DNA of 64,000 nucleotides from Octopus vulgaris (taxonomy: Eukaryota), in the NCBI GenBank assembly GCA_951406725.2, contig OX597822.1, forward strand, positions 100,130,001-100,194,000, in the 5' to 3' direction. Under the pieces are notes generated by a model, which saw only the letters and a list, made by a program, of their open reading frames with translations, searched no databases and was not told where the DNA came from. This document shows positions 1-11,380 of this stretch, in pieces. The translations under genes and the position numbers were made by a program. Within the stretch, counting starts at the first letter, position 1; each line of letters begins with the position of its first letter.

Positions 1-1181
1 CTTGTTGGTTAGTTTAAATGAGCTGTAGTGGGATGTTGCTCAAATTTACCCATTTGCTTAAAAGCTTTCATTGCTTCCCAGCCATGTCGTTTTGGGCCAG
101 TGTTTTCTACTGTAGCTCTGAGCTGACCCAAGCATCTGAGTGGATTTGGTTGACAGAAACTGAAAATAAGAGCCTGTCATGATTGTGTGTGTATGTGTTT
201 GTATCTCCTTTTTTTAACATTGTATGTTTGTTGTAAATGAGTATTATTTGTTTCTAATCTTATGAGAAAAACAGAGTTAGTGAAGGGGTAATATCACTTT
301 GCTTGAAAACAGGCGAATTTTGGCAGCAGGAAGGGTATCTGGCTGGAGAAAACCTACCTCAGTGAATTCCATCTGATCCATGCAAACCTGGAAAAGTGAA
401 TGTTATGATGATGATGATTTTATAGAAATGTTACTGGGAGGGTAGATAGTGTTCTTTTTAATTTATACTTTTAAAAAATGACAAATTTTCATCTCCCCAA
501 AATAATTTATAGTTATGAGAAGGAAAAAAAACGTAATCTGCAGTTATTGCATAGAAAAATATTTTGAAGGAAAGGATAACATATATTCAGTTCATTATTG
601 AGTTTTATCATAAAAACTTGCTTAAAATATATGTAATTATTAAGTAGCCACGCAACTCTTAGGTTGGTGAAGAGGAAGCAGTGAACAAACTTAAGAGAAC
701 TGAAAGCAGGTTGTCCTATTCATTCATGAAGTACCAGGCTGATGGACATACAGATGAATTTAAATTGATAAGGATATTTCCTTTAAACCAGGTCAACAAC
801 TTTAATTGTTGTGAGAGAGGTGATTTACAGATACAGAGCTCAGATGTGTGTTTTGTATCAAAATAACAGGATGCCATCCAAAAATATGTGGCAGGCACAC
901 ATGACAAATACAAGCTTCTGTTTTGTATTTTTTTCTTTTCTTCCTTTTCATCTAGAGATTAAAGGTTGTTGTTATACTATTGGCTCATAAGTGTAACATA
1001 ATAATCAGCAGCGTCATGATAAATGACTAATAATAGCTTGTTTATTATAAGCTTTGCTTTGAAAGCAAATGATTTTTACATTTTAGTATGGTCACTGTAT
1101 TTTCAACTAGGTAAATAACTGACTTTTAAAATGTGGAACTTCCACAGACACAAAGTGTTCAATTTATTTCATTATTTTAAA

Positions 1182-1581
1182 CTAGCAGTATAGCCCAGTG
1201 TTGCTCGAGCTTGATTTCTTTTTGACCCTTTAGAATTGGAATTTTTGGAAAGTAAAAATTTTGCATTATGTAGTTTGTTATTCTCTTTAAGTGAACATTT
1301 TTCTGGTTGAAATACACTGAAAAATGGCGACACAGCAGTAAAAAAAATTGTTAAAAAAGTAGGGATTTTCATAGAAAAAAAAGCACCTTTTTGATGTAAA
1401 TAATTTTTGGTCTTAACATGGTCTGATTTGAATTTTTTCTTCTACGGAAGGAAGAGCAAGCCTTCTTCTATCATACTCTCAATTTTGGTCAATTTGCACT
1501 GCAGGGTCTCGGAGGAGATAGTGTTAGTCGAAGGCTACCAAACCTGCCATACACAGACAACTTCAGCTTTATATATATAGA
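1182..1581 (-). mobile_element. Non-autonomous Helitron
   Basis: Minus strand reads A|TCTATATATATAAAGCTGAAG...CGAGCAACACTGGGCTATACTGCTAG|T. It has 5' TC, a 3' hairpin + CTAG and an AT target. Ends resemble the 60612-60987 element. Confidence 0.8.
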
Positions 1582-2606
1582 TTAATCATTCAGTACATTA
1601 TGTTGAAAGAATTACTTTCAAATAGCAACTTTCAGTCTTCATGGGTTCGGGTATTGCTGTGTGGTTATGAAGTTTATTTTGCAACAGCATAATTTTGAGT
1701 TCGAGTTCATTGTACAAGCAAGTCTTTCTACCCTAGTCTTGGTTCCATGCAGTGGAACTGAACTTAAAGCTACATGATTGGGAAGCAGACTTCTTAATCA
1801 CACAGCTTAACATAAATCTGTTGCCAGTTTCTTTCAGTTCTAAGATTTAGCTAGCTTTTCTTAACAACCACTTGTAGCTTTTAACAGACCAACAGCTGGC
1901 ACATACATCCTAATTTTGAATTTTTTTTTATATTTGTTAATTATTTAATACTTAATATTGTATTTTATTTTGTATCATTCACATGGCATCAATTTCCTTC
2001 TACTGTTTTTACCTTGTAAAATAGTTTGCTTCTTTGTCTCCTTTTCTTATTTTTGTGGAATGAAGTAACTACTTACTATCTATTGTAAAACTTAGGTTAA
2101 AAGTTTGGATCCACTTAAGGCTTAGTATTCTGTATTGTATTTATTATATGTATATTTTCTCTCTTTCACTGACCCCATTCACATCTACTCACCTTGTACC
2201 TTGAGGGTTCACATGGACAATTTCATCACCACAGTTTTTATCTCTTCTCCACTCCACCCCAATCATACCCCACTCTCTTTTCTAAATGTGAGTAGCCATG
2301 TAACCCCACTGCAGCAAAAATCTTGTTCTGCTCTAGCCCCTTCTCTCATACTTTAACCCCTCATCTACCTCAGAGTTTGTAGTCATGCAGTCTGCATGTT
2401 GACCTCATTCTTGAAAAAAGCACCCATTACATGCTGTAAAGTGGTAGGTGTTAGGAAGGGTATTTAGCCATAGAAACCATGCCAAAACAGGTATTGAAGC
2501 ACAATGTAGTCCTTGGACTCATTAAATCATATCAAACCATCCAACCTATGCCAGCATAGAACATGGATGATTGTAATGTGTAAAGCATAAGCTTCTAGAG
2601 ATTGTA

Positions 2607-2821
2607 TTATTTATTCTTTTCTACTCTAAGCACAAGGCCCGAAATTTTGGGGGAGGGGGGGCAGTCGATTAGATCAACCCCAGTACGCAACTGGTACTTA
2701 ATTTATTGACCCGAAAGGCAAAGTCAACGTCGGTGGAATTTGAACTCAGGACATAAAGACAGACGAAATACAGCTAAGCATTTCGCCCGGCATGCTAACG
2801 TTTCTGCCAGCTCACCGCCTT
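2607..2821 (-). mobile_element. tRNA-derived SINE, family B (GGCGGCGAGCTGGCAGAAACGTTAGC head)
   Basis: Homologous to 33326-33554 and 11150-11380. 9-bp TSD GAGATTGTA at 2598-2606 and 2822-2830. Confidence 0.8.
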
Positions 2822-4300
2822 GAGATTGTACCATTTATTTTTAACTCCACTGTGTGCTTTACAGCTATTTACAGCTAACTATTCTATATTGTTGTTTGCT
2901 TTGTTTATTGGAGGTGATGGGGAGTGATCCATTATCTGTAGCTGCATGTTTCTGTCATTGGTACTGGCCATAAACAATTATATTTTTATTGTTTGTGAAT
3001 TTAAGTCAAAGTTATGTACAAAGCATAATTGTACAGAAAACACTGTGAAATTAAATAGGGGTCAGTAAGATCTTCACCCACTAAACATAGGCACATTCAG
3101 TGACATTTAAATATTTCTCACTTGTGGAGGCATACTTTAGTAAAGATGGAACCAGCATCTGTTGTGCAGCAAAATTATTCTACCACATAACAAGAAATAG
3201 CAATAAATATTTTCATATTTTTATCGTTCATGTGATTTTTTTACTATTTTTATCTAGTAGAATAACTTTTTGTCTTTTAGAGATAGTATCATTTATTATT
3301 AAATTCACTCCGTGCTTTATATCATTTTAACATCTGCTTTTTCATGCTTGCATGCCTCAAATAAGAGAATGTTGCGACAGAATTTTTCTTTAGCTAGATG
3401 CCCTTCCTGATGCTAACCCCTACCTGTTTCCAAGCAAGGCAATAATTTCCGATTCTGTTAAACAACCAACAGCCTGGGTTTGGTTATGTGGAGTTATGGA
3501 AAGAAATGACACTGTTTGGCTGGGCCATTTGTTTACAAAGATTGCAACATGTCAAGGCATTTAAAAAAAAAAGCCCAAACATGCTCATGCAATCGACTGC
3601 AAACAAACAAACCCATCTGATATGCCAAGTTTTACAATGTGAACACACGTGTAAGCAATAGAAAATATGAACTCACTCTCAAAAACACACATGTGCACAC
3701 ACAGTCACAGTACGCAATGAGCTCTTTTGAATTTCCATCTACCAAAATCATTCACATGGCTTTGGTTGACCTGGAGCTATTGTAGAAGACACTTATCTGA
3801 AGTTCCCTGTAGTGGGACTGAACACAAAGCCACTTGGTTAAGAAACAATAAATAATCACTTCTCTTTTCTCTTTGAAAAATACAAAAAATGTAAATTACT
3901 CTACAAAATGAAAATGAGAACAAAAACATTGTGTGAGTGATGCAAAAAGATATTGTGTTAATGAAAGAAGAAGCTAGTCTGCATTTTGATTCAGATATTA
4001 AAAGTACAAAGCTATTCATTATCATTTCAGTCTATAAATAATCTTTGGCTGATAGTCAGAGAAGGGACTTAACTACATTGTAGAATGGTTCTACTGCACA
4101 ACTTGGTTTCATCTCTGAAAAGCAAAACCTTGCTAATTTGGATCTACTTCCTCTGATGAAAATCAAATATGTTATTTAGTAGACTTTCCCAGTTAATTAG
4201 TTTGTTTCTGCACTATTTTTCTTTTGAAAGTACTGTTGTTTTTCTTTTTCTATATTTGAATTGTTTTTGTGGCATAACAATACATGTATGACTGCCGACT

Positions 4301-4619
4301 GACTTTCTTCATAACTTTCTGAAGACTACATATGTTTTAATAACATTTTCTACAAATATATTTCTGGTGGTGTAGATTACAATTATGTCAGAATTTGATT
4401 AAAAAAAAAATTGGGGGGAGGTTGGATAATTCACACCCCTCGACTTTGTTTCCTCATAGATTTTGTTTAAGTGTGTAAATTATCCGACCCTCACACCAAT
4501 TTTTTTCACCCCGCATCAAATTTTGCCACATTCATAATCTACATCATCATCTGAAACATATTTGTAGAAAATTTTATCAAGAAATAGCTATTTTCCAGAA
4601 AGTTATAAAGAACCAAAGT
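4301..4619. mobile_element. Degenerate palindromic MITE (about 140-bp inverted arms)
   Basis: ataactttctg...ttttctacaaatat...gtagatta...ggataatt in the left arm is mirrored in the right arm. Confidence 0.6.
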
Positions 4620-4656
4620 TGGTGTTAGGGTGGCAGAAGAGATACACACATCTGTA

Positions 4657-5881
4657 CAGGGTGTCTAAGATATTTGAGGACATTTTTTGCTGCATATTTT
4701 GCTAACTCTGTATAGTCTTTGTTTCAGAAAATAATAATGGCAGACCCTCAGCTTACTCAAGAAATGAAGAGGCATGCTGTTATTGTGGCTATAAAGGCTG
4801 AGCATAGCGATTTAGAAATATCTCTATTTTTAAAAGTTGCCAGATCTTTCGTCTACAAAGTTTGTAAGGAGTTAGAGACAGAAGATGGAAACGTATCACC
4901 AGTATCAAAGCATAAAAAGCTTTCTCAATGCTCTAAAATCATCAAAACACTTGAATTTATCCAGCAAGTTCAACAGACCATTGGTTATAATCCCAGAAAG
5001 TCCATGAGTCAATTGCAAATGATCTCCATGTGTCAGAAGGAACAGTCAGAAATGTTGTCAATGAAGACATCAGATATAAGTTTTATATGATGAGGAAAAG
5101 TCAATTTGTAAGAAAAAACAAAAGAAAATCACTACATCAGATCTAAAAGGCTCTTAAACAAACTGAAAAATCCAGCAGAAGATTTGGTTTGGTTTGTCAC
5201 TAACAATAAAAACTTCAACCAAGATCAAAAAGTTAACAGAAGAAATGACTGATGGTTATGTGCAGACCCTTCTGCAGTTTCAAATGTCATACATACAAAA
5301 TTTCCTGCAACTGTCATGGTTTTAGAGGATGTCAGCAATAAACGACATCTGATGTCTCCTTACTTCTTTCCACAAGGCCTTAAAGTTTACTCTGCCGCCT
5401 ACATTGAGGTCCTGGAAATAATTGTTAAGCCCTGGATAAACAGAGTATGCAATGGAAGGCCATATGTGTTTCAGTAAGACTATGCACTATCACACATGGC
5501 TTTAGTAACACAGCAATGGATAGTTGAAAATTTTCATGATCACATAATTCCCTCAATTCTCAATCTATTGGTCTATTACATGTGGAGCGTTGTTGAGAGA
5601 GAGGTCAATGAACACGCCCATAACACCAAAGATTCTTTGAAAGCTGATATAGTCAGAGTAATGTTCAAAATGAACCAAGACCACTTGATTCAAGCATATA
5701 GATGATTTAGATCTTGTTTAGAAGCAATTGTTGAAGCTGAAGGTGGTTTTATTGAATAACATTATAGAAAAGAAGGTTTATTTTTATCTTCATAGCATTT
5801 TTTGATAAAGTAATTATCTGTTATTATATATCTGTTTTTTTTATAAACATAAATCTGTCCTCAAATCTCTTACACACCCTG
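4657..5881 (+). mobile_element. Decayed Tc1/mariner (maT/DD37D-like) DNA transposon
   Basis: 26-bp TIRs CAGGGTGTCTAAGATATTTGAGGACA with 2 mismatches, TA on the left flank. Broken transposase: HTH-like N-terminus, KNFNQDQKVNRRND.WL, FQ*DYALSH, LNLLVYYMW, frameshifts and stops. Confidence 0.85.
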
Positions 5882-6002
5882 CAGTTATGCTGTTTTTGTT
5901 GTGACAAAATAATTTCCCACTAATTAAATAATTCAATGTGCAGTTAAGTTTTGTCATTTATAAAGAAAAAATACTGTTTACTGTGTATTTTCAATTTTCC
6001 AG

Positions 6003-6066
6003 AATCCAACATGGCAGGCCTTTGATCTCACAACTAAATCTGAAGAGGTTGAGACAAGCAAAAAGT
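6003..6066 (+). CDS. UVRAG: UVRAG coding exon A (C2 domain), NPTWQAFDLTTKSEEVETSKK; upstream exons outside window
   Basis: ttttccAG acceptor at 6001-6002. Peptide matches human UVRAG NPTWRSLDFG...DTSVS. Followed by U12 donor GTATCCTTT, phase 1. Confidence 0.88.
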
Positions 6067-6789
6067 GTATCCTTTTTCAAATTAGGTTTCTCATCAAACA
6101 GGATTTGACTCAAGCTATGCTGCTATTTGCTAATTCCAGTAAGTGTTGAATAATAATCTTCAAATTTAAGTGCTATGATACCAGGAAGTTGAGTAAGATA
6201 TATTCACTGTTTTAGTGAGAACCATGGCTAGATTTAGACATTCATTAAATAAGCTACAGCTTAAAATCTCTCAAAATATGGATTTTAAAAAAATTTTTAC
6301 CATTTGTCAGAGTTTCATTATTTATAATGATTTAACTTTATTAGGAACAATTAGCATTAACAAATTAATCCTAAATATTTAAAAAAATACAGGATTATTA
6401 GTTTTGCAGTTTAAAGGATTTTTTGTTATTTTATAATTATGCATTTGAGAAGTGTAACCCTCTTATTTTGCTTGGATCTGTTATCATCTTGGCTGCATTC
6501 TTACTCAGTTTAGTTATTATACAACTCAGTTCTCTGTTAACAACTTCTTAATAGGGTCTCTACAGAACCTCTTAGCTGGAAACTTCACTATGCCTAAAGC
6601 TGGCCCTGTCCTAGAACACAGCAATGAAATAGGAATTATGACACTTCAGCCAAGATGGTGATAGCTTATTCATTCAAGTTTGTGTTTAACCATTAGACCA
6701 TGCAAGCAATCTAAGTAAGGTTTGGAATCATTGCCATGTGGCTGGCCAGTAGCTCATTATTTTGTATTTATTTGGGACACAAAACTCTA

Positions 6790-7241
6790 CTTGTGAAGAC
6801 CTGTTGAGGCAAGTGAAAATCCAAAATCGAAATTGATCAACATCAATGCAAATTGCAGCTATGATACCAGTGCCGGTGATACGTAAGAGAACCATCCGAA
6901 CATGGCCGTTGCCAGTGCCGTCGCGACTGGCCTTGTGCCGGTGGCACGTAAAAAGCACCATCCTATCGTGGACATTGCCAGCCTTGCCTGGCCCCTGTGC
7001 CGGTGGCACGTAAAAAGCACCATCCGATTGTGGCCGTTTGCCAGTTTCGTCTGGCACATAAAAAGCACCCACTAAACTCACGGAGTCATTGGCATTAGGA
7101 AGGGCATCCAGCCGTAGAAACATTGCCAGATCAGACTGGGCCTGGTGCAGCCTTCTGGCTTCCCAGACCCCAGTTGAACCGTCCAACCCATGCTAGCATG
7201 GAAAGCAGATGCTAAACGATGATGATGATGATGATGATGAT
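6790..7241 (+). mobile_element. RTE LINE 3'-UTR copy with (GAT)n tail
   Basis: Homologous to the 3' UTR of the LINE at 17790-18175. Ends CCATGCTAGCATGGAAAGCAGATGCTAAAC(GAT)n. Confidence 0.85.
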
Positions 7242-7272
7242 TCGTGTCGGATAGATGCTATGCCTTCATGAA

Positions 7273-7493
7273 CCCTTTAGCATTCAGATTATTCCGTCAA
7301 ATGTAATGCTTATTTATTCAGATTCTATTAAAGACATCATGCAGTGTTTCATAGCTTTGAGATTTTGATGGTGTGATTGTTTATTTTTAGAATGACATTG
7401 TCAACTAATGTGTAAGAGGTTAGATCTAACCAAGTTGATCATAAAACAGATAGAATATTTGGGCCGGATATAGCTGGTTTAAATGCTAAAGGG
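7273..7493. mobile_element. piggyBac-like MITE (CCCTTTAG...CTAAAGGG|TTAA)
   Basis: Short TIRs, TTAA right flank. Other copies at 22929-23147 and 24812-25035. Confidence 0.7.
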
Positions 7494-7970
7494 TTAAACA
7501 TGTCATAAGGACTGAAATAAAATGTATTTCTTTGCTGAAATGATTGTGTTGGTTGTAATATTAGAAATGTTAAGGGGGAAAAAATCGTTGTCCAAGAAAA
7601 CAAAAGCCAAAACAAAAAGTTAATAAAATACATAAAATTTGATGAGAGTATGTACTGCAATGAAGAGTAAGCTCTGATATTTTAGGCACAGTCCATTTCT
7701 GGAGACCCACACACAATTTGACTTAAAAGGCTACTCCGTGTGGTGCTGTTTAAGCAAGGCTTTGGCCAATAATGGCCAAAGCCTATTGTAAGTTTTATAT
7801 ATGTATAGATATTATGAATGTGTGTGGTGCAACATTTTATTGTAAATTCCTATGGGATTTATAGATAACCCACTATCTTTCTGTTCTTTCTAACTTCACA
7901 GTAAAATGTTTAATTTCTATTCTTCCTGGTTTTGAAATCTTGCTTTAAAGTTTTCTTTAACTCTCACTAG

Positions 7971-8065
7971 CATTGCTAGTTAGGGTTTGGGTTGGTCATG
8001 ATGTCTTCAAACTTTTCTTAGAATGGGAAGTGTTTTTATCCTGTCTTCACCTGCAGGATACAAAA
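7971..8065 (+). CDS. UVRAG: UVRAG exon B, (S)LLVRVWVGHDVFKLFLEWEVFLSCLHLQDTK
   Basis: Similar to human CFVVKIWGG...LLIEWKVCLDGLKYLGQQ. GTAAGT donor at 8066. Confidence 0.9.
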
Positions 8066-8551
8066 GTAAGTTGATTTCATCTTTGTTTTTAAGTTTTTTA
8101 ATATTTTTTTTTCTCAAAAGATTTTCATTTCCATATATGTAAATTGTGCTAAGACAATTTGGTTATATTATCAGTAATGATATTACAGAAGCAGATTGGC
8201 AAAGTTCATTGAGGATTGGACAAAATACTTTGCAGTATTCAATTACAGCTCACCCAACTCCTTATGCTCTGAGTTCAAATCCTGCCAAAGTCAGCTTTAC
8301 CTTTTTTCCTTCTGGAATGGATAAAATAAAGTACCAGTTAAGTTTTGGGGTCAATTTAATTTACTTACCCAACCACCCACCACTAAAATTTGTAACCTTG
8401 TGCTTATGTTAGAAATGGTTATTGATAATGATATAGGTCAACAGTCCCCAATCTTTTTTGCTCCATAGACTGGTTTCATGCAAGACATTTTTTTCCCTCA
8501 GACTAGAGACGCATACACATAACAAAACACAGCTAAATAGATAATATATAT

Positions 8552-8596
<45 letters not shown>

Positions 8597-8599
<3 letters not shown>

Positions 8600-8800
8600 C
8601 CAGTACCACCAAAATGGCCCTCGTGCTGGTGGCATGTAAAAGCATCCACTACACTCTCAGAGTGGTTGGCGTTAGGAAGGGCATCCAGCTGTAGAAACTC
8701 TGCCAGATCAGATTGGAGTCTGGTTCGCCTTACCTCAGTCAAATCGTCCAACCCATGCTAGCATGGAAAGCGGACATTAAATGATGATGATGATGATGAT
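8597..8800 (+). mobile_element. RTE 3'-tail copy next to a (TA)n tract, inside a probable hAT-type MITE (about 8437-8912)
   Basis: GGCGTTAGGAAGGGCATCCAGCTGTAGAAAC...(GAT)n. Confidence 0.75.
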
Positions 8801-9330
8801 GTAAAAACACCTTGCAGACTGTAATAGTCAATAAAATATAAATAAATTTTTTTAATTTATTCTTTATGTGGCCTGGTGCCAAATGATCCACAACCCAGTG
8901 GTTGGGAACCTCATATATAGGTGTTCAAATTTTTCTGTGGCCAGCTTAACCTTTGATATTTTGGGATGAAGGTGTGTAGCTAAGTGGTATTTTACTGGTA
9001 CTTTATTTTATCAATCCCCAGAAAGATGTAAGTAAAGTTAACCTTGTCTTCATTTGAACTCAGAATGCATATACTTACTGGCAAAGCATATTTTATCCAA
9101 TGCACTCATGACTCTGTGAATTCACTCATGATAAAAATGAAAAATATTAAGGCTGATGTTTGTATGCTTTTAAAATAGAAAACTATTATATTGATGTATG
9201 AACCTATTAATTTTAATAAGGAATGTTTTGTTTTTTAAATAACCAGTATAAGGTTTCTTTCCAGTTAATAAATAGTATTTATGAAATTGTTTCTAGTGTA
9301 AAATTTGTTTTTTCTGTTTGTCTTTTGTAG

Positions 9331-9423
9331 ACTATGAAAGATGGAATCCGGTTCCCTCCAAACAGCCTCGTGTTTGGCATGTTTCACCATTTCTTTGTTG
9401 CACCAACAGAAGAAGAATTAGAA
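9331..9423 (+). CDS. UVRAG: UVRAG exon C, TMKDGIRFPPNSLVFGMFHHFFVAPTEEELE
   Basis: Pyrimidine tract + TAG, GTGAGT donor, phase 0/0. Similar to human NQNEIIFGLNDGYYGAP. Confidence 0.88.
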
Positions 9424-9519
9424 GTGAGTTTATAGTTTAATTACTAAATGTGCACAGGAGGCCTTCACTCTTTATTGATGCATATTTTCCTTTATCTCTC
9501 TCATATTAAAATAGACTTA

Positions 9520-9813
9520 CATAAAAGGTAATATTTATCCCCACTTAAAAGTGGATGTTGTGTTAGAAGAGAGAACACTGCGATAGTTACCATGAGAGAA
9601 TCTCTCATATGGTCTTTTGGGCATATAACCACTCTTGTTTATATCGTTAGTGGAGTGGCAATGGCAGTTGATTTATCTCCTGCTGGCAGTATTAACGAGT
9701 GTGTTTATATGCACCAAAAGACCATAGGAAAGGTTCTCTCATGGTAACTATCGCAGTATTCTTTGTTCTTACACTACATCCCCTTTTAAGAGGGGATACA
9801 TATTACCTTTTGG
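9520..9813. mobile_element. Palindromic MITE, about 120-bp inverted arms, TA-flanked
   Basis: AAAAGGTAATAT...CTGCGATAGTTACCATGAGAGAA...TGGTCTTTTGG mirrored by CCAAAAGACCA...TTCTCTCATGGTAACTATCGCAG...ATATTACCTTTT. Confidence 0.8.
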
Positions 9814-10862
9814 TATTAAAGCTGTTTCTGTCACTATTGATTATTTAGGCCTACCTAACTTGTGTTCATGAACTAATGTGGGAAAGTCTAATTAATAGAT
9901 GTAAGCATGGCTGTGTGGTTCAGAAGTTCACCATATGGTTCAAGGTTTAGTCCCACTACACGTCACCTTGGGCAAGTGCCCCGGACCAACAAGAGCTTTT
10001 TGAATGGATTCATCAAACTAATACACCTGCTTGTTGTTCCTTCACCTGTCTTTTGTTTTCTGTACCTTTGAACCACACACACGCATATACATAAATACAA
10101 CAGGGTTCTTTTTCAAGGCTTTTATTTCTCCTCTCCAGCAAGAAACCTATTCTGCTCCAACATGTTCTCTCGTATTTTAATCACACATCTCTGAGCATAA
10201 TGCCACCTCTCCATGGGATCATAGTTTTGCAAGTTGCATAGCAACTTTACTAGTGCTTGTGCCATACAAAAATCACCCTGTATACACTAATCCAATTTAT
10301 GTTTGTCACTTACACAGTCCATTGCAGTTCTATCTGATTTGATATTTCTAAATATTTGGTGTTCTTTCCACTCTATTTTTCTTTTTTTATATGTTTTTCA
10401 ATTTCCACCACTTCACCATTCAGTTTGACATTTGATCTTCTTCTCACCTACTTTGAGCTTTCCTAGTGGCAATGCCTTCCTGCAGTCAACTATAAGTGGC
10501 TGCAGAATAGTCTTAGTGTTATGGCAGATGAATGCAAGATCCTTCTGCAAAGGATCAACTGATAAAAAAAAAAAATCACCATTGCAAGCACACCACTTTA
10601 TACCAGAGCCGTTGCTCTTATTAGAATAAAAACATAGATATAAAACTATAGAAAGTAGAGAAACCTGTTTTAAAAAATTTTTATTTAATCTTTGTATACA
10701 AATTTATATTTATTTCTCTCTGTATTTTGTATCTAAACTTTTAATTTTAACTAGACTGGTTTTCAATTGCCTTCTTGCTTATATTTTCATTGTAAGTTGT
10801 ATTTCTTATTCTCACATTTATCTTATATATTCATTAATTACATGTTTAATTTCCTATTTCAG

Positions 10863-10957
10863 AAATGTACTAAATTCCCTAGAGATATTTCTCGTTCATT
10901 TTATCAAACAGAACATTCCAATCTCATATTTTCGTATGGACACAGTTCTCTAACGAG
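10863..10957 (+). CDS. UVRAG: UVRAG exon D, KCTKFPRDISRSFYQTEHSNLIFSYGHSSLT(R)
   Basis: tttcAG acceptor, GTAAGT donor, phase 0/2. Similar to human ...VRNSYDVFSLLR. Confidence 0.85.
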
Positions 10958-11149
10958 GTAAGTTTATATTCATATGCAAAACTGTTATCTCTAGGAAAAT
11001 TATTGGAGTAAAGTAATCCACATGCAGGCCAAATTGACGCCCATTTTCCTTCACTTTTAATTTTGACCCACAGCCTTGTGTGTTCATATTAGCAACTGGT
11101 ATTTATAGAAATTCAAAATAAGATAGTTTGTTCAAAATGAGATATTTTA

Positions 11150-11380
11150 TTGGCAGAATTGATAGAGCTGGCAGAAACATTAGCATGCCGGATGAAATGC
11201 TTAGCGGTATTTCGTCTGCCGCTACATTCTGAGTTCAAATTCCGCCGAGGTCGACTTTGCCTTTCATCCTTTCGGGATCGATTAAATAAGTACCAGTTAC
11301 GCACTGGGATCGACTTAATCCGTTTGTCTGTCCTTGTTTGTCCCCTCTGTGTGTAACCCCTTGTGGGCAATAAAAATAAA
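11150..11380 (+). mobile_element. SINE family B
   Basis: GAGCTGGCAGAAACATTAGC...B-box-like GAGTTCAAATTCC...AAGTACCAG. Degenerate copies at 8190-8430, 13447-13880, 21040-21245, 54925-55110. Confidence 0.8.

Larger units (their letters stand above)
6067..7970 (+). other. U12-type (minor spliceosome) GT-AG intron of UVRAG
   Basis: 5'SS GTATCCTTT (6067-6075) matches the U12 consensus. Branch-like TTTTCTTTAAC (7951-7961) lies 9 nt before the end of the CTAG acceptor. Frame is continuous across it (T|CA = Ser). Confidence 0.88.

Noticed and set aside
410-445. FYRNVTGR peptide resembling the upstream UVRAG FYRSE exon
   Set aside because: Directly follows a SINE (GAT)n tail and has no acceptor site.
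6728-7186. Recurring MDGSTGV.../VVGAFYVPPA ORFs (also 14232, 17588, 37549, 57363)
   Set aside because: Antisense translations of the RTE 3' UTR repeat, not a gene family.
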